Positions 26,293-40,939 of a stretch of 64,000 bases of DNA are shown piece by piece. Source of the DNA: Antedon mediterranea. Taxonomy: Eukaryota; Animalia; Echinodermata. The stretch spans positions 5,890,001-5,954,000 of the forward strand of contig NC_092672.1 of assembly GCF_964355755.1 (NCBI RefSeq). Reading direction: 5' to 3'. Numbering within the stretch: the first letter of the stretch is position 1; each line of letters opens with the position of its first letter. The position numbers and the translations under genes were made by a program. The notes under the pieces were generated by a model. The model saw only the letters and a list, made by a program, of their open reading frames with translations, did not search any database and had not been told where the DNA came from.

Positions 26293-27295
26293 ATTTAAAT
26301 TGATTATTTTGATTTTTAAAGGTACATGTACTGTATGTAAATAAATATATGTTAAAACTTTATTGATCTACCTTAAAGAGTTACAATTAATATTAAATGT
26401 TATACTATAATAATAATAATGATGTACATTAAGTTGGTGTGAATGTGATGAATAATATGTTGATGGTTAGTATTCCTTCTGATTTGCAGGTTTCATCAAT
26501 TGTGTTGAAATTGTTCACTCTGAATTTCTGGGGGGAAAAAAAGTATTTTTAGAAATATTTTACACATACAGTATGCACAAATGACGGAAGTTGTGCAACT
26601 ATGCATGCTCACTATGTTGTGTTCGGACGTAAAATCAATTACAGTACACATGTAATTTAGATTACTCTTAGGAGGACTAAATCAGATGAACCGTTTGGAC
26701 GAAAAATTTTAACCAGCAAGGTTATATTTCATGCTTGAGTGACCCAGTCAAAATTGTACTGTGATGTTATTCCCTTTTGTGCGGCGGTGAGGCCTTTGGC
26801 ACTGTTGCCAATGCCTACTGTACAGTACCCTATTTTGTACAGTACCTTGTTTCCTTTTTGTGACCAACCTTTACAACGTATTATGAATAACGATATTAAA
26901 TCCAACCTTCTTTTCTGTTTTGATGCGACCGTTGAAGACAGTCAAAGCAAACAAAGCAGCGCTTGCTCAAACAAAAAGAGCTTACCTACTAGGCCTGGGC
27001 TATACACACCAATCACCTTTTTACCAATGTAAAGTCAACTTGTCATACAGATTCTCGTTATCGTGATGATTAATTGGCTTGCGGTTTAAGGTGTAATTAA
27101 AATTTGGTAGGTTTTTTGAAACAGCTGTTTTTTCGTAAATTTTATTCCCAGCAGAAATATTTAATTGCAATTTACGTGTGTAAATTCTATAGTCCCAACA
27201 AGCCCTATTTGTTTAAAAAACTTATTATTATATGGAAGAATTCCATGTCAAATCAATTTTTTTGTCAAAATCGATTTGATTGATAAATTGAAATT

Positions 27296-27763
27296 GAAGC
27301 CCATTAATGCCATTTTAAGTATATGTTTTTCGAACGTAACCCGTTCTAACGAATTAGTAATTCGTTTGAACGGATTAATAATCTGTTCAAACGAATTAAT
27401 AATCCGTTCAAACGAAATTGCAACATATACAACAAGTGCCATTTAAAAGTATATGTTGTAATTCGTTTGAACGGATTACTAATCCGTTTAAACGAATTAC
27501 TAATTTGTTTAAACGGATTACTAATTTGTTCAAACGGATTACTAATCCGTTCAAACGAATTACTAATTCGTTTAAACGAATTAATAATTTCTTTAAACAA
27601 ATTAGTAATTTGTTTATAATTTGTTTAAACGGATTACTAATTCGTTTGAACAGATTACTAATCCGTTTGAACAGATTATTAATCTGTTCAAACGAATTAC
27701 TAATTTGTTAGAACGGATTACGTTCGAAAAACATATACTTAAAATGGCATTAATGGGCTTTCG
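27296..27763. mobile_element. Foldback-like TIR element with internal 21-bp repeats
   Basis: About 50-bp TIR AAGCCCATTAATGCCATTTTAAGTATATGTTTTTCGAACGTAA; internal (TTAAACGGATTACTAATCCGT)-like arrays. Confidence 0.85.
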
Positions 27764-27851
27764 CAAAATTAAACAAGCACGAATGTGCAGTACTCGGGGT
27801 ACAGCGAAAGAAGCTGTATACAGACGTATACAGTTAGAAAGTAAAGAAAAT

Positions 27852-27923
27852 AGGTTTCGCCAGGGCTCGAACCGGGACCTTCTGCGTGTTAAGCAGACTT
27901 GACAACCACTACACTACGAAACC
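27852..27923 (-). tRNA. tRNA-Val(AAC)-like, possibly a pseudogene
   Basis: GGTTTCGTAGTGTAGTGGTTGTCAAGTCTGCTTAACACGCAGAAGGTCCCGGTTCGAGCCCTGGCGAAACC; acceptor and anticodon stems intact, mismatches in D and T stems. Confidence 0.7.
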
Positions 27924-28135
27924 TCTTACATTAAAAATGTGGGTTACAGAAAGTTTTTTAATCCATTTAAATTACAAATAAATGGTAATAAGCACAAAGC
28001 AAAATAAACATGTGTAAAAGTGATAATTACCGATTACACAAAATAAGTATTTTAAAAAATAATAAAAATAAGATATACTCTGTATAATTATCATATTGCG
28101 TATACAGTACTTTTCACCATAAATTAAAAAAAAAA

Positions 28136-28208
28136 AGGTTTCGTCCGGGCTCGAACCAGGTACCTTCTGCGTGTTAAGCAAACGTGATAACCACTACGCC
28201 AAGAATCC
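28136..28208 (-). pseudogene. tRNA-Val(AAC) pseudogene
   Basis: GGATTCTTGGCGTAGTGGTTATCACGTTTGCTTAACACGCAGAAGGTACCTGGTTCGAGCCCGGACGAAACC followed by a T run; broken acceptor and anticodon stems. Confidence 0.7.
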
Positions 28209-28859
28209 GCATATAACCATATAACTACATAACGCTGTGGTGTGTGTCACACATTGTGGCTTCTTAATTAAACAAATTAATTAACAAAAAATTAAAAATC
28301 CGGCTCTATAGCTTTGAGGACATGTCCCTGTAGTATGTTCATGCCAAATCCCAGCTCAATACTATAACGAATAAGGGAGGAGTAGTACTTTAAAAATCGC
28401 ACTTTTTACTCAATAGTGTCCAGATGGAGGAAGAGAAGGAGAAAATGAGTAAGTACTAGACTCGGGTACCCCGAGTAAAAATTTATGATAATTTGCAATA
28501 TCTTGCACATTTAAATGATCATATCTAAGTATATACGTCCGATTATTTTATCTACAGGTATCCGTAAAAATAGGAAAGGACTATATGAACTCCATCAATA
28601 TTAAGAAAATTAACAATTCAGGATTGTGGATTGAAATATAACATGGCCCAAGAAATAAAATATTAAAATATTATGGACCAATAACATTAGAAGGAAAACA
28701 ATTACCTTACCTTCTGGAATCACTTTTAGCAAAATGATATATAACTCCAATGAAGTTCTAAGTGTATGTAGATTTAATATGCCACTATTTGATATGTGGT
28801 ATAAGTCTGGCAACCTTGCATGTAGACTAAAGTAGCGAAATGTTCCAAAAACTACTGTT

Positions 28860-29150
28860 GCTAATGTATTTATCATCCATGTAACTCCTCCCCCTGCTTT
28901 CAGTTTATGATTATCATACACTACCAATCACTATATAGCAAACACCTATTGTGATTCAGTACACACCCATTTGTTGCACATTACTACCAATCACTATGCA
29001 CTACACATATATTGTGCAGTATACACCAATCACAGAATATTACTGTAGGCAATGTCTACCACCACAAACCGATTATCACATGATTATGTGACTGTAAAAG
29101 CAAGTTTCATATTTTAATTCTCTTTGTTATTTAAGTTAAATTGCATTAAA
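28860..29150 (-). promoter_or_regulatory. Putative promoter of EEP gene 1 (clustered CCAAT boxes, GC-box-like)
   Basis: CCAATCA at 28924, 28987 and 29026; CTCCTCCCCCT near 28886; minus-strand donor near 28710; homologous to 59625-59960. Confidence 0.45.
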
Positions 29151-32100
29151 ACCCAAATTCCAGAATTTAGTACATCTTAAAATGAATACCATTCTTTCAA
29201 ATATATTCATAGTGTAAACAATTTACTAGAAGAAGTATGATAAATGAAATTGCTACGTGTATACATCGTTCTTGTCAGAATGCACACAATTCATTTTGTG
29301 GAGTGTAATTTTAGGTTAAATAATTAATTCATTCAATCTTTTATTTTGGAATCTCTGGTCCATAGAAAGTAAAATTATGTATAAATTAACAAAATAAATA
29401 CAGTTTGATGATACTCAAAGATGCTCCAGGTGGAATGACATCCTGAGATGAGACCACGTCGTCTTTCAGTAATTAGTCAGTACAGTCAGAATAATTTAGA
29501 AACTGCAGGTAAACAAGTTTCTTAACATTTTCCTTGATGAATTGAACATCATTTCCAAAGTTTACCAAAATCGGACGTCAGGAAGTGTGTTAATTAGCAT
29601 AAATTCAAAATGGCCGCTATTTACTATGCCATTTTGAAGCTCCATATCTCCTTAACGGTTGGTTTTAGACCACCTAAGTGCATTGTGGGTAGATATGATA
29701 TAAATGTGACATTAAACTTCCCAATTTGCACATTTAAATTACCATATGACGTAACTATGACATCATAAGGTAGTTGTGACATCATATATTATGTTATAAC
29801 TGCTTAAATGACATCCTATGCTACAAAAATATAGAAACTGCAGGAAAACAATTTTCTAACATTTTCCTCTTGAAATTAACATGATATTCAAAGTTTACCA
29901 AAATCGGACTTCAAGAAGGGGGTTAACCAACAATAGGGACAAAACAGGACAGGATTTGAAGTTCAAATATTATTTCGAGTTTTAAAAATTCCACGTTTAA
30001 GTTTAATTTGAACTGTATGTTTAAAGGTTATAAGTACATTATTTGTAGTCGTTCTCCGCCCACTTTTTTAAAGCTCATGCATAATTATTATTAATTATTC
30101 ATGAGCACCGTCCTGTCGCTTCCCATCCTGTTTCATAAAGTCCCTATTAAGTTTAAGGCCATCCCACTTGTTATGCAGTGACACATAATGTTTGCATAAT
30201 AAATGACACTTTTGTACACAGAAAACTTCAACTATGATATGTTTGACTTGTACATCTTTGTCTTGACAAGCAATGTTATTTGAGTACTTGCTCTTTCTTT
30301 GAATTTTTAGCCATCTAACTTAAAAATCTTATCATGGCCTTCATTAAGGACAGGATTGTTCTGTCAATTTGGTATTAAAAAGAACAACAGTAAAAAAAAG
30401 TATGAAGTTATAATTTAGAAGTCAGTCATAATTGGGAGTGTCATTTCCGTCCAACAAGTGGTGCCATTTATCATGACTTTTATGTGCGAGAGTACCATTT
30501 CCGGCCATCTAGGGGTACCATGAGTGAACCAAGTTCAATTCGCCACATGCCCCATCATGAGGAAGGGCTGTTGCTCAAATACTTTGTTTCCGAACTCCCC
30601 CACAAAAATGGTGTAATCTGTCACGCATTTCAAATCTCTCAGGTTGCTATGCAATGATAATTTACAAAAGTTTAATTTCTATCAGGATACATAGGATACA
30701 TGTTACATCTTTTGTTTCTTGTTAGATATTTTATGAGGGTATGTTTTAAGAATGGCAATGAATTGAATTAACCTTATAATATATATATAATGTTTTGTTG
30801 AAGTTGTACAGTATCTAATATGTAATTTGAAATCAATTTTTATTAACCTCCCTTCTCTTTTCAAAATGTTTTTAATATTTTGCACTCAAAAGTTATTTTT
30901 GTGGTAAATTGAGTCATGAAATAGTGAAAGGTGATCATTGTTTTGGAGTTCAATGTCCGTCAACTTTAGAATTGATTCTACTGAGAGACTACAGCTGTAT
31001 GTTACACATTTAATAATGGCTTTATACAATAAATAAGTTTGTAATGCATAAAAGGTATTATAATTCTAATATGGCTATCTTAGAACCATCGTTACATTGT
31101 CGTGAGGTAATTTCCCGATTGATCGTAATCAAAACGGTACTGGGTATGGTCTACTAGCGTTCCTGCTCCCAACCAGTACATCCATTCATAGAAGCCTTAA
31201 TGAAGTAAGCCTACCTGGTGGTAACCATAGAACAGTCCCAAGATAACGACTTTACTTCGGCTTTAGTCGATAGAAGATTGAAAAAATTGTTAGAGATAGA
31301 GTATACAATGTTTGATTATGTGTAGATGTGTGATTTGTTCTTTTATTCAAATGATGTTATTTATTTAATAAATTTTTTATATCAATTAATTAAATTATCG
31401 TAGATTGTATATTATGCGATAAATATTATTTAATACATTTTTAATATATTATTATTATTATAATATTAATAAAAAGATATTTGTTAGTATAAATTTAAAA
31501 ACAAAATAGATATAAGGAAGAAAAGCAAAGAGATTATGGAGCGGCTGTACAATACTAATAATACGTAGTTTTAAATATCAATTTTAGAAATTCGTTGAAT
31601 ATTTGACAAATTTTATTCTGCTGAGAGATTCTACAGGTGACACATTGCTATCATTTTATTCTATAGTGTATACACAGCCTGCTTAGCCCCTTAACCATTA
31701 CTATTTCTTTCATTCATTGATTTTTTTTAAAGATATAGATATTAAATGGCGAGACTCAGGTGTCACTGAGTTTTGTTATGTTAACCAGCAGTAACGTACA
31801 TGGTGTTAATGTACTTTATTCTCTTCCCTTACCTTATCTGACCTGCCCCTCCCTTTCACCTTTCAATCAGGGAGTTGTAAAATAAGAACTCCCTGTTTCA
31901 ATTAAGTATATTTTGATATTCCTTCCATCTTCTGTTTGATTATGTTTGATTGGTGGATAATCAAGGTTCACATAATTATATTACATGACATTTTATAATA
32001 ATAATAATGACAACCCTTGATACAAGCCTTCCTAGTTTGACATAAAATGTGTGATGTGCCCAAATGTGGTAGTGATATGACATCATCATTAACTTCAGAG

Positions 32101-32619
32101 AAATGCAAAAAAGCACAGGAAAGTTCCACTGTATTCCAAATGAAATGGGAAAAACCAAACTTACCAGAAAAACAGGTTTTAGGCAAAACAATGTTATAAT
32201 ATGATTACATTGATAATCAATAATGAAAACTATAGATACTTTATCACTTACAAAATAATTTTAGTAATTGTTGGCGCAACGGTAAAATAAAACAACTACT
32301 AAATGTATAAAGTAAGTATGCCATTTATTCCAAACGAATCAAGTGAGGATTCTCAATAAACAGATAAAATATACAATATACAATGTTTGATAAGACAGAG
32401 CAATAAAACGGTGTAGCTACATTACTAGTTGAGAAAAGAGTGTGTTAATAATGTGGTCAGTGCATGGTAATATTGGGCTTGGCCCATCTCATCTGACCAA
32501 TTAGGATTAAGATAATTAATGTGGTTTTCTGTTAGAGTCATTAACATTCTTAAAATCCATTAGCTAGAAAAGTGAAGGTAACCTGTCAATGTGAGGTTAA
32601 ATAAAGAGATATATAAGTT

Positions 32620-33550
32620 GGGTTCATATCGAACTTAGGGCGAGATAAGTACTGATCTAGTTAAATTTTACGAGAGCGGTAATTCGATTAAATTCATTAA
32701 ATTGCGTTCGACGGCTCATGTTAGGGCGAGATAACTTAAGCATCACGTGCTCGCGACCCCGCCGACACAAACAGGAAGTACAGTTGAACAGGTTAGGGCA
32801 CTTTATTGTGGGCTATTCCTTGTGTGTATACGCACCCATTCTACCACCTTCTCCTTCTTTTCGAGTACTGTTTAACGATCCGTCGAAACAATGCTTCCTC
32901 AGTTATTATTATTATCGGGGTTTTTACCTATATTTTTACAAATGATTAATGACGACACGACGTCTGAACTAGATGAAGGTACTGCTTTGCTGCTGTTTGC
33001 GTTAGTTGAGTTCATTTCTAGCTGTATGGAATCCCAGCGAATGATGCGACAACAACAACGGCTCAGATACCTACGATATGCCGAGGAACAGCGCGAACTT
33101 GGGGAGATCATGTTTCTTTTACATACAAGCCTAGATGTAACATTTTTTGTCTTCGCTTTTACTTTTTCGGACATGATGAATGCGGTACAGATGTATTGAA
33201 ATAAGTTTTAAAATAGTAATATGACAGATCGTCGCTCTCGGTTAACATGTGGTTCAGAAATAAACCTAATTTGTTGATGTTTATAATTATGTCAAAGTTG
33301 AAATTTGCTTTAATCTGATTGGTGTATTGGTGACCTCCAATTCTGAATGCCTCATGCTGTGTTAATTACCTTAATCGTTTTCTAGCTTTACCAGTGGATT
33401 TACTATTCCGTCGAGGCGATGGCCTTGACTGACCGTAGTCGAGGAAATTCCTTCATCTCGCCATAATAATTCGTTCACATCGAAGTTATGGCGACATCAT
33501 CTCGTTAATCTAGTAAATTTGTCTCGCCCTAAGTTTGATATGAACGGGCC
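32620..33550. mobile_element. Non-autonomous Harbinger-like TIR element
   Basis: GTTCATATCGAACTTAGGGCGAGA ... TCTCGCCCTAAGTTTGATATGAAC; absent from the paralogous segment near 48380. Confidence 0.7.
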
Positions 33551-33795
33551 TATAGAGGATGTATAAATAATCAAATTAAAAGTAAATGTTGAATTGTTTA
33601 AAAGCTATGTGGTAGGTCTGCTACATAATACTAATATTGAACACTTGTAAAATAATCCATTGTAGATTTGAGCGTGAGAACATGACATAGTCACACATTT
33701 TAACAATTATGGGTTTTATTCAATCAGTAAAATACACACCTATTGTTGTCAATATCCTCTCTATCATTGGTATGTGTATTTTTAACACATATTTA

Positions 33796-34447
33796 TACGA
33801 AAGCCCATTAATGCCATTTGAAGTATATGTTTTTTGAACGTAATCCGTTCTAACGAATTAGTAATTCGTTTGAACGGATTAATAATCTGTTCAAACGAAT
33901 TAGTAATCCGTTCAAACGAATTGCAACATATACAACAAGTGCCATTTAAAGTATATGTTGTAATTCGTTTAAACGGATTACTAATCCGTTCAAACGAATT
34001 ACTAATTTGTTTAAACGGATTACTAATTTGTTCAAACGAATTACTAATTCGTTACTAATTTGTTTAAACGGATTACTAATTTGTTTAAACAAATTAATCC
34101 GTTTAAACAAATTATTAATTTGTTTAAACAAATTACTAATTCGTTTAAACGGATTACTAATTCGTTTGAACGAATTAGTAATTCGTTTGAACGGATTAGT
34201 AATCCGTTTGAACAAATTAGTAATCCGTTTAAACAAATTAGTAATTTGTTTGAACGGATTAGTAATCCGTTCAAACGAATTACAACATATACTTTAAATG
34301 GCACTTGTTGTATATGTTGCAATTCGTTTGAACGGATTACTAATTCGTTTGAACAGATTATTAATCCGTTCAAACGAATTACTAATTCGTTATAACGGAT
34401 TACGTTCGAAAAACATATACTTAAAATGGCATTAATGGGCTTTCGTA
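33796..34447. mobile_element. Foldback-like TIR element (same family as 27296), TSD TATTTA
   Basis: TACGAAAGCCCATTAATGCC ... GGCATTAATGGGCTTTCGTA; empty site ACACATATTTACCACG in the paralogous copies at 48534 and 61538. Confidence 0.88.
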
Positions 34448-37400
34448 TATTTACCACGTCTATACTATAGTTGATGCTGATCGATGTGTTTGTTTTTGTA
34501 ATCTGTCAATGCTATCAGCAAAATGTGATGAACTAGTTGTCAACATCACTTTCAACATCCTAATTCAACTTCTGGAATTAACACCTTCTCAGCTTAAGCT
34601 CTGTCTACACTATTACACTTTTACAAACAAAGTGTGATGTGCCCAAATATGGTAGTGATATGCCCAAATATGGTAGTGATATGCCCAAATATGGTAGTGA
34701 TATGATGTCATCATGTTCATTTATAGGCACATCACATTTTGTTGTAACATAAAGTTTGATAGTGTAGTCAGATCTTTAGGATTAACTTGTGTAAAACAAC
34801 AAAAATATAATAATTTATAGGAATATTTACAAATATAATATAATAAAATATAATCAAAGCCAATCTAATCTATTGTTGTACCTGAAAATTGAATAAAATT
34901 AAAAAAAATAAAAAAAATTAAAAAAAAAAGTTGTCACATAAAGTTTGATAGTGTAGACAGAGCTTTAGGATTAACCTGAGTAAAACAGAATATAATAATT
35001 TATAGGAATATTTACAAATTAATATAATATAATAAAAATATAATCACTGTTTAACTATTTTAATTGTCATCAAACATATTGTTAACAAAGAAATAAAGTC
35101 TACTATAATAATAAGTATAATGATTATATTATATACCATACCATAGATATAACCTAGACATCTGATTGGTTAAAACTACATGCATAATTTAACTTGTTTC
35201 CACTTCACTGAACTGTTGTAATCTGATCACTTTCAGGTTTTACTGCCCTCAACTTCTCTCATCATAAATTACACTATTTGTTATGCATTCTGTATGCTTG
35301 TGTCTTCCATGATTTCGTTTTTACTCTGATGGTCAGTCTTTTTTCTTTAATCCTGTTTTTACTTCAGAGAGGGATTCACCCTGAAGTGGGTTGAATATGG
35401 CTAGCAATGATGATGGTTTACTTTACTTAATCATAGTTTGTCTATGTCTATTATATTCTTAATTATTTTGTGCTTACTAATGGTAATTAGGTAGGTGAAT
35501 CTAGTGACAAATAAAATATCCGCTTATATTAAAAAAAAATTTTTTTTGCTCATATTAGAAGAAGTAAAATTTAACATGTTGTCATTGTGCAAATTATCTG
35601 GCATAAGGCTCACATTTTTTCACCAATCTCAATTTTCTTTTTATCATATTACTTGAAAACATCAAAATTCTATTGTTTAACATGCCTAATCACCGATCTT
35701 AGGTCAATCAACATAAAATCAATTTTTGTGGGTGCATGTTATAAATTAGGGATGTTTCAGGCCCTTGATATTGACCTCAGTCGGCCAGGACATTTCCCCC
35801 CAATTTAGGCCAGAAAAAAAATTGGTCATAATTGGGAAATCTCAAGCCAGCACCAACCTCAAACTTGACGTGCATTTTGAATAAACATTATAATTATTTT
35901 ACTAAATAAGTTGATTGATTCAATTTATGTTAGGTAAATGAATATAGGGTGAATTGCTCTAGTAAGAGTTAGAATTATTATAAAAGGTATATAATGATAC
36001 TTTGATGTTCAATAAAATTGTAACTTTTTCTTATGTGACAGAAAAACATATCTTTGTCTTGACAAGTACTGTTATTTGAATACTTGCTCTTTCTTTGAAT
36101 TTTTAGCCATATAACTTAAAAATCTTATAATGGGCTTCATTAAGGATAGGATTATTCTGTAAGTTTGGTATTGAAAAGAACAGTAAAAAAAAGTATGAAG
36201 TGATAATTTAGAAAAGTCGATCATGATTGGGAGTGTCATTTCTGTCCAACTAGTGGTGCCATTTATCATGAATTTTACGTGCAAGAGTACCATTTCCAGC
36301 TATCTAGGGGTACCATGAGTGATCCAAATTCGCTTCGCCACAGGCCCCATCATGGGGAAGGGCTGTGTGGCTCAAAAACTTTGTTTCCGAACTCCCCCAC
36401 ACTCCGAACTGTCACACATTTCAAATCTCTCTGGTTGGTAACTATGCAATAGTAAAAAAAAGTATGAAGTGATAATTTACAAAAGTCAAATTTCTATCAA
36501 TATAGGATACATCTTTTGTATTGTTTCTTGTTAGATATTTTGTGTTGGTATGTTTTAAGAATGGCAATAATTGAATTAACCTTAATATATATAATGTTTT
36601 GTTGAAGTTGTACAGTATTTAATATGTAATTTCAAATCAATTTTTATTAACCTCTCTTCTCTTTTCAAAATGTTTCAATATTTTGCACTCAAATTTATTT
36701 TTGTGGTAAATTGAGTCGAAAGGATGAATTCCAACTCAGGAAATAGTAAAAGATGATTATTGTTTTGGAGTTCAATGTCCGTCAACTTTAGAAATTAGTC
36801 TGAATCAGAATTGATTCTACTGAGAGACTACAGCTGTATGTTACACATTTAATAATGGTTTTATGCATTACAATAAATAAGTTGCATGCAATGCATAAAA
36901 GGTATTATAGTTCTATTATGTTTATGCAGCCTAGTTAGCTTAGAACCATTGTTACATTGAACTTCTAATAATATGTTGTTTCAAATATCAATTTTAGAAA
37001 TTGGCAGCTATTGACAGAACTTATTATACTGAGAGACTCTACAGGTGACACATTGCTATCATTTTATAACACCTTATTAATTATTCTATTGTGTATACAC
37101 AGCCTGTTTAGCCTATAACCATCAGTATATTATCATTTGTTTTATTCATTTGTTGTGTGAAAATATTGATATCAAATGGTGAGAAAATACTGAGTTTTCT
37201 CATGTTAACCTGAAGTAACTTATGGTGTTAATGTACTTTCTTCACTCCCCTTACCTTATTTTTTATGTCCCTCTCTGTTTCACCTTTCAATTTAATATAT
37301 TTTAATGTTCTTTAGATTGTGTTTTGATTGGTTGATTTGTTAACCAATCCTTTCAATTTGGTACTCCTTTTCCTAGAGGCCCCTTATTTGAAGTAGTTTG

Positions 37401-38738
37401 TTGAGACACTGATACAGTCCAAGAGTCCGAAATTATCTTTTATTACAACTTCTAGTCTGGAATAAAATGTTCACCTATGGAAAAGGGGTTGCTTATTTCG
37501 TTCGTTTTTGGTTAGCCACTTGTGGGAGGTAAATTAATGTTGTAAAAACATGAAAATGTGTTCATAGCTGCTAGTGTATTAAAATATAAAATCAAATCCA
37601 AAAGTAATCACTGTTTAACTATCATAGTGCAAACAAAGAAATAAATAATAATAATAACCAGTATAATGATTCTATTATACAATTAGATATAACCTAACGT
37701 CTGATTGGTTAAAACTAAATGCATAATTTAACTTGTTTTCTGCTTCACTGAATTAATGTTATCAAATTCTCCCATCACTAATTACACTTTTTTACGTCCT
37801 GTTTCTGCTTCCAAATAATTTGGGTTAATTTATTCACACGGTTAATTACCGGTTATTTTTTAACAGCAGAAACAGGATCTATGATGTGCTTTTGTCTTAC
37901 AACTCATAGTTTGTCTTTCTGATGTTTATATATTCATTATAAAAGAATAATAATCTAAATCTAGTGAAAAGAAAATATTTTTTGCTCATATCAATAGAAG
38001 TAAAATTTAACATGTTGTTGTCATTGTGCAAATTATCTTGGGTCCATGGTTTTGCATACACTATTATATCTTTTTATCTGCCTCCTAAAACAATACAAAC
38101 AACCCTAGCCTTAATGTATTGAATATGATACCCTAAGATGTTTAGTAGTGTATCTACAAAATTATTGGGATAGAGTATATAGATTGCATATATCTGTGTA
38201 GAACCAACGATAGGATGGTTAGGGGAGGATGACGGACATCCTTTATTTGCTAGAGCGTTAAATCATATACAGTCGACGACCGGCAGTATCTCCCTCCCTC
38301 CCCTGTCTCACGATGTGGGCCCTTCTGAATTACTACAGCATAGGCCTAGCTTTCCCAGTCATTTGAACCCAATAAAAATGTTATTTCGTTAAACAATTAA
38401 ATTGGAAGTTCAAATATTATTTAGAATTTTTAAAATTCCACGTTTAAGTGTAATTTGAACTGTATATTTAAGGTTATAGGTACATTTTTTCTATTCGTTT
38501 TCCATAAACGGGAAAATGGCAACTTTATCGTCCTCAAAAAGTTAAGACAACAGAATTTTATGCTAAGCTCCGCCCACTTTGTTAGAGCTCATGCATAATT
38601 ATTATTATTATTCATGAGCACCGTCCTGTCCCTTCCCTTCCTGTTTCATAAAGTTTAAGGCCATCTCACTTTTTATGCATTGACATGTAATGTTATTTGA
38701 CTTTGCATAATAAATGACACTTTTGTACACAGAAAACT

Positions 38739-40811
38739 GGGTAGTAACAAAGTGCGAGGCAGCGAGGCAGGGAAGGCATGCGAGGCAAGTCAGAAATTTA
38801 TGCGAGGCATCGTTTTACCATCATCAAAAAATGCGAGGCATCATTTTATCATTTCTCAAAATTGCAAGGCAGGAAATCACCGAAATTGAAGTAGCCTAGG
38901 CCTAGGCCCGCTAGGCTAGTTTCCTTTTGCACCTGCCTTGTATTTTAACCAACTTTATCCTGAATACCACAGCTTAGAATTAGTAGGCCTACTTTAATGA
39001 AGAAAAATCACATAAAAGTAACAATAAATCCATTAAATTGGTGATTTTACAGACGTTGTTTTTCTCGCATTTCGCACACTCAATGTTCAATATTTTGGTT
39101 TCTATGGAACGCCAAAAGAGCAAAATTAATTAGAGGGCTAAAAACTCTGTGGAATCCATTTATATTTAACGCATTATTTGGTGAAAATCAAGTACAATTT
39201 CAATAGATTTTGCCACTGTCAGTAAGGAAAAATGTTACTGTTCACCGGTGTACTGTTGATAATGTACACGGTTTCGGTAACCTTTTAAAGAATAAAATAG
39301 AAAAATTCATCATAATATCCTTAGTAGGATGTCCTAGGTCTAGACTAGGTAGGGATGTTGATTTAGGATCGATTATTATTCTTTGAAAACAGAACAGTAT
39401 CAGCAGTAACATATTACAGCATTTTTATTGACAAATTAACAAATATATTGAAATAAAATGTGTTTTTCACCAATAAATGCATGAGAAATTGACGCATTCC
39501 ACTGAGTTTTAGTCCTCTATTATCGTTGCTCTTTTGGCGCTCCATAGAAACAAAAATATTGAACATTGAATAAGTGAAATTTGCGAACAGTGTGCGAGAA
39601 ACACGCCTGTAAAATCATTAATTTAAGGATTTATTTGTTACTTTTTATGTGATTCTTTCATTAAAGTACTCATGAGGTATACTTCTAAGGTGTGGTATTC
39701 ACACGATAAAGTTAGTTATCAAATTTGGAGTAAAAATACAAGTGAAGGAAACTAGCGCCAGGTTTATTAGTACGTACATGGTCAACAATAAATAAAAATC
39801 GTTCGTAATATACCTAGCTTACTACAACAGGAATAGTGTATCATTATTAAATATTACACCAATTATTATATCAAAATTGATTAAATTATTTTCTACATAG
39901 GCCTCTTATCTAGGTTAGGGCTAAGCATATTAGCTAAAGTTTAATTTTAGGCCTAGTATTACAATTGTCGGACGTAAGTCTTTTTTCACACGCGCTCCAG
40001 AATTCTGTCGCAATTTTTTTTCTTTGCGGCATGTTATTGGATCGCCATATCAGTTACCTTTTATTCACCGCCAGTTATTGAACTTGTCCTGGCAATCGCT
40101 GTTCACCTTATTTGCGAGAGAGGTACACGTGTTGTTCCTAGAGAATGGAATGTCAAAAATGTCTTTGGCATGCCGCTCAGAGAGAAGTCTGTGCGTTGCT
40201 GCTGAAACCACGTGCTATAGGAGGGGAATGCACCACAATCCTCTGAGCTGAGGGCTGAATCATTCCGCTACCTGCTAAATAGTAAAGAGGGATTTTCCAT
40301 CTCTCGGGTCTACCGGATCTAGGCGCAGGGGTGTGACAAAATATTATTTTCACTCTGCTATGTTCGAGAGACATGTGAGTGAACACGCTCGAAATGCCAA
40401 CAAACATTGCAGTCATTTGATGAGTGTGTCGCTATAACAATTATTGTTTATCGAAAGTTGAAGACTGTCGTTCAGATTTTTGAACCGTAGTTTGGGCACT
40501 TTTGTAAAAGTAAAATTTGACACGATATGACTTGAATGAAAAAACAATCGTTACATAAAAATAAACAACATGATGAGTGTATACACGAATCTATTTAGAT
40601 ACGCTTGTATCGATTGATTATTAGGCCTATAATATAGCATAATAGCACGTTAAGATATGCCTCGCACCTTTTTGAAATTGTAAACTATATGCCTCGCATG
40701 CCTCGCACTTTTGGAAATGATAAAATGATGCCTCGCACAAATATTTGGCGTGCATCGCTGCCTCGCACAAATATTTGGCGTGCCTCGCTGCCTCGCACTT
40801 TGTCAACACTC
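38739..40811. mobile_element. Non-autonomous Mutator-like element, 9-bp TSD CAGAAAACT
   Basis: TIR core ACAAAGTGCGAGGCAGCGAGGCA at both ends, subterminal GCGAGGCA repeats; empty site at 46808. Confidence 0.82.
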
Positions 40812-40939
40812 CAGAAAACTTCAACTATGATAGGTTTGACAAGCAATGCAATACTTGCTCTTTCTTTGAGTTTTTAGCCATCTAACTTAAAAATCTTATC
40901 ATGGCCTTCATTAAGGACAGGATTGTTATGTAAGTTTGG

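Noticed and set aside
32891-33199. 102-aa ORF inside a TIR element
   Set aside because: No recognisable catalytic motifs; at most a transposon remnant
27248-34457. ORFs with FKRITN/LLIRLN repeats resembling leucine-rich repeats
   Set aside because: They come from the 21-bp repeats inside foldback elements and are open in several frames on both strands
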